Below, one piece after another: positions 63,496-64,000 of a stretch of 64,000 nt of DNA. Position 1 is the stretch's first letter; the number at the start of each line of letters is the position of its first letter. The stretch is from Saccostrea echinata. Taxonomy: Eukaryota. Both the position numbers and the translations under genes were made by a program. The DNA lies in contig NW_026889767.1 of the NCBI RefSeq assembly GCF_033153115.1, positions 3,286,001-3,350,000 of the forward strand, given 5' to 3'. The notes below the pieces were generated by a model. The model worked only from the letters and a program-made list of their open reading frames with translations, ran no database searches and was not told where the DNA came from.

Positions 63496-64000
63496 TTATT
63501 TGACTAACTTTGAACCTAAATTGCAAATACAAGCACAAACACCCAAAACTTGATCAAATAAAGAATGTAGTCAAAGGCATAGTTCCTTGTAAAATTTTAA
63601 ATGTTTTAACCTTCCAATGGCACGCTCCACATGAATCCGTGCACTTGCAATCCGTCTTGTCTTTGTCACTGCTCTACTGCTCAAATGTCTACCCATGGAG
63701 TAAGGCGGTATATTCAGAGTACATGATCTTCTGGCTTAGAGATCTCGTATTAAAAATCCGCGGTCAGCCTTAATATCATCCCCATATTCTAAATATTATA
63801 TAAATAACCACTTCCCTCAACAATACGTCGGTCTGAAATACTACCAGTGAAAAGTTTTGAAATGAAAGTAAATGGAGATAAGTGCCTTGAGGGTATTGTG
63901 GTTTTAATAATTTGAACAGGTTACTCACTGAGAGGATGGTAAACTTGGTTTCTAAGTAAAAATATCTGTACAGTCTATAATTGATCTGGTCTTTGGAAAA
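63496..64000 (-). pseudogene. DDE_Tnp_4 (ISL2EU/Harbinger-type) transposase catalytic region, decayed, partial
   Basis: Minus strand: FPKTRSIIDCTDIFT*KPS, NHNTLKALISI, FISKLFTGSISDRRIVEGSG, LEYGDDIKADRGFLIRDL*, LNIPPY, TRRIASARIHVERAIGRLK, FKILQG, VCACICNL. All three DDE motifs are visible. Confidence 0.92.

Larger units (their letters stand above)
61888..64000. mobile_element. ISL2EU-type DNA transposon relic (convergent exonuclease and transposase)
   Basis: Tail-to-tail YqaJ and DDE_Tnp_4 genes about 300 bp apart. Termini not identified. Confidence 0.8.

Overview
AT-rich, intron-containing animal genomic DNA from a gapped assembly (four N runs). The repeat families and gene types suggest a bivalve mollusc, probably an oyster (inference). 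No intact protein-coding gene lies fully in the window. Recognisable content: (1) at the left edge, the 5' coding exon of a secreted coiled-coil protein on the minus strand. (2) Two paralogous multi-exon GMC oxidoreductase (glucose/choline dehydrogenase-like) pseudogenes on the minus strand, at 5479-11504 and 48559-53351, with the same intron positions but different disabling lesions. (3) At the right edge, a decayed ISL2EU/Harbinger-type DNA transposon with a SAP/YqaJ lambda-exonuclease gene converging on a DDE_Tnp_4 transposase. (4) A dense layer of MITEs (TA, 5-bp and 8-bp TSD classes), tRNA-derived SINEs, Penelope-like, LINE, Tc1 and Helentron-like fragments, and long Crypton-like palindromes. 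(5) Local segmental duplications at 17-31 kb. The least explained structure is at 55.5-59.9 kb: an array of seven complete ~70-bp palindromes plus one half-site. Each has an asymmetric CCGTGTGG/CCACACGG core and covarying stems, and they sit in repeated, diverged units partly arranged as a ~1.3-kb inverted duplication. All coordinates and translations were read by hand.
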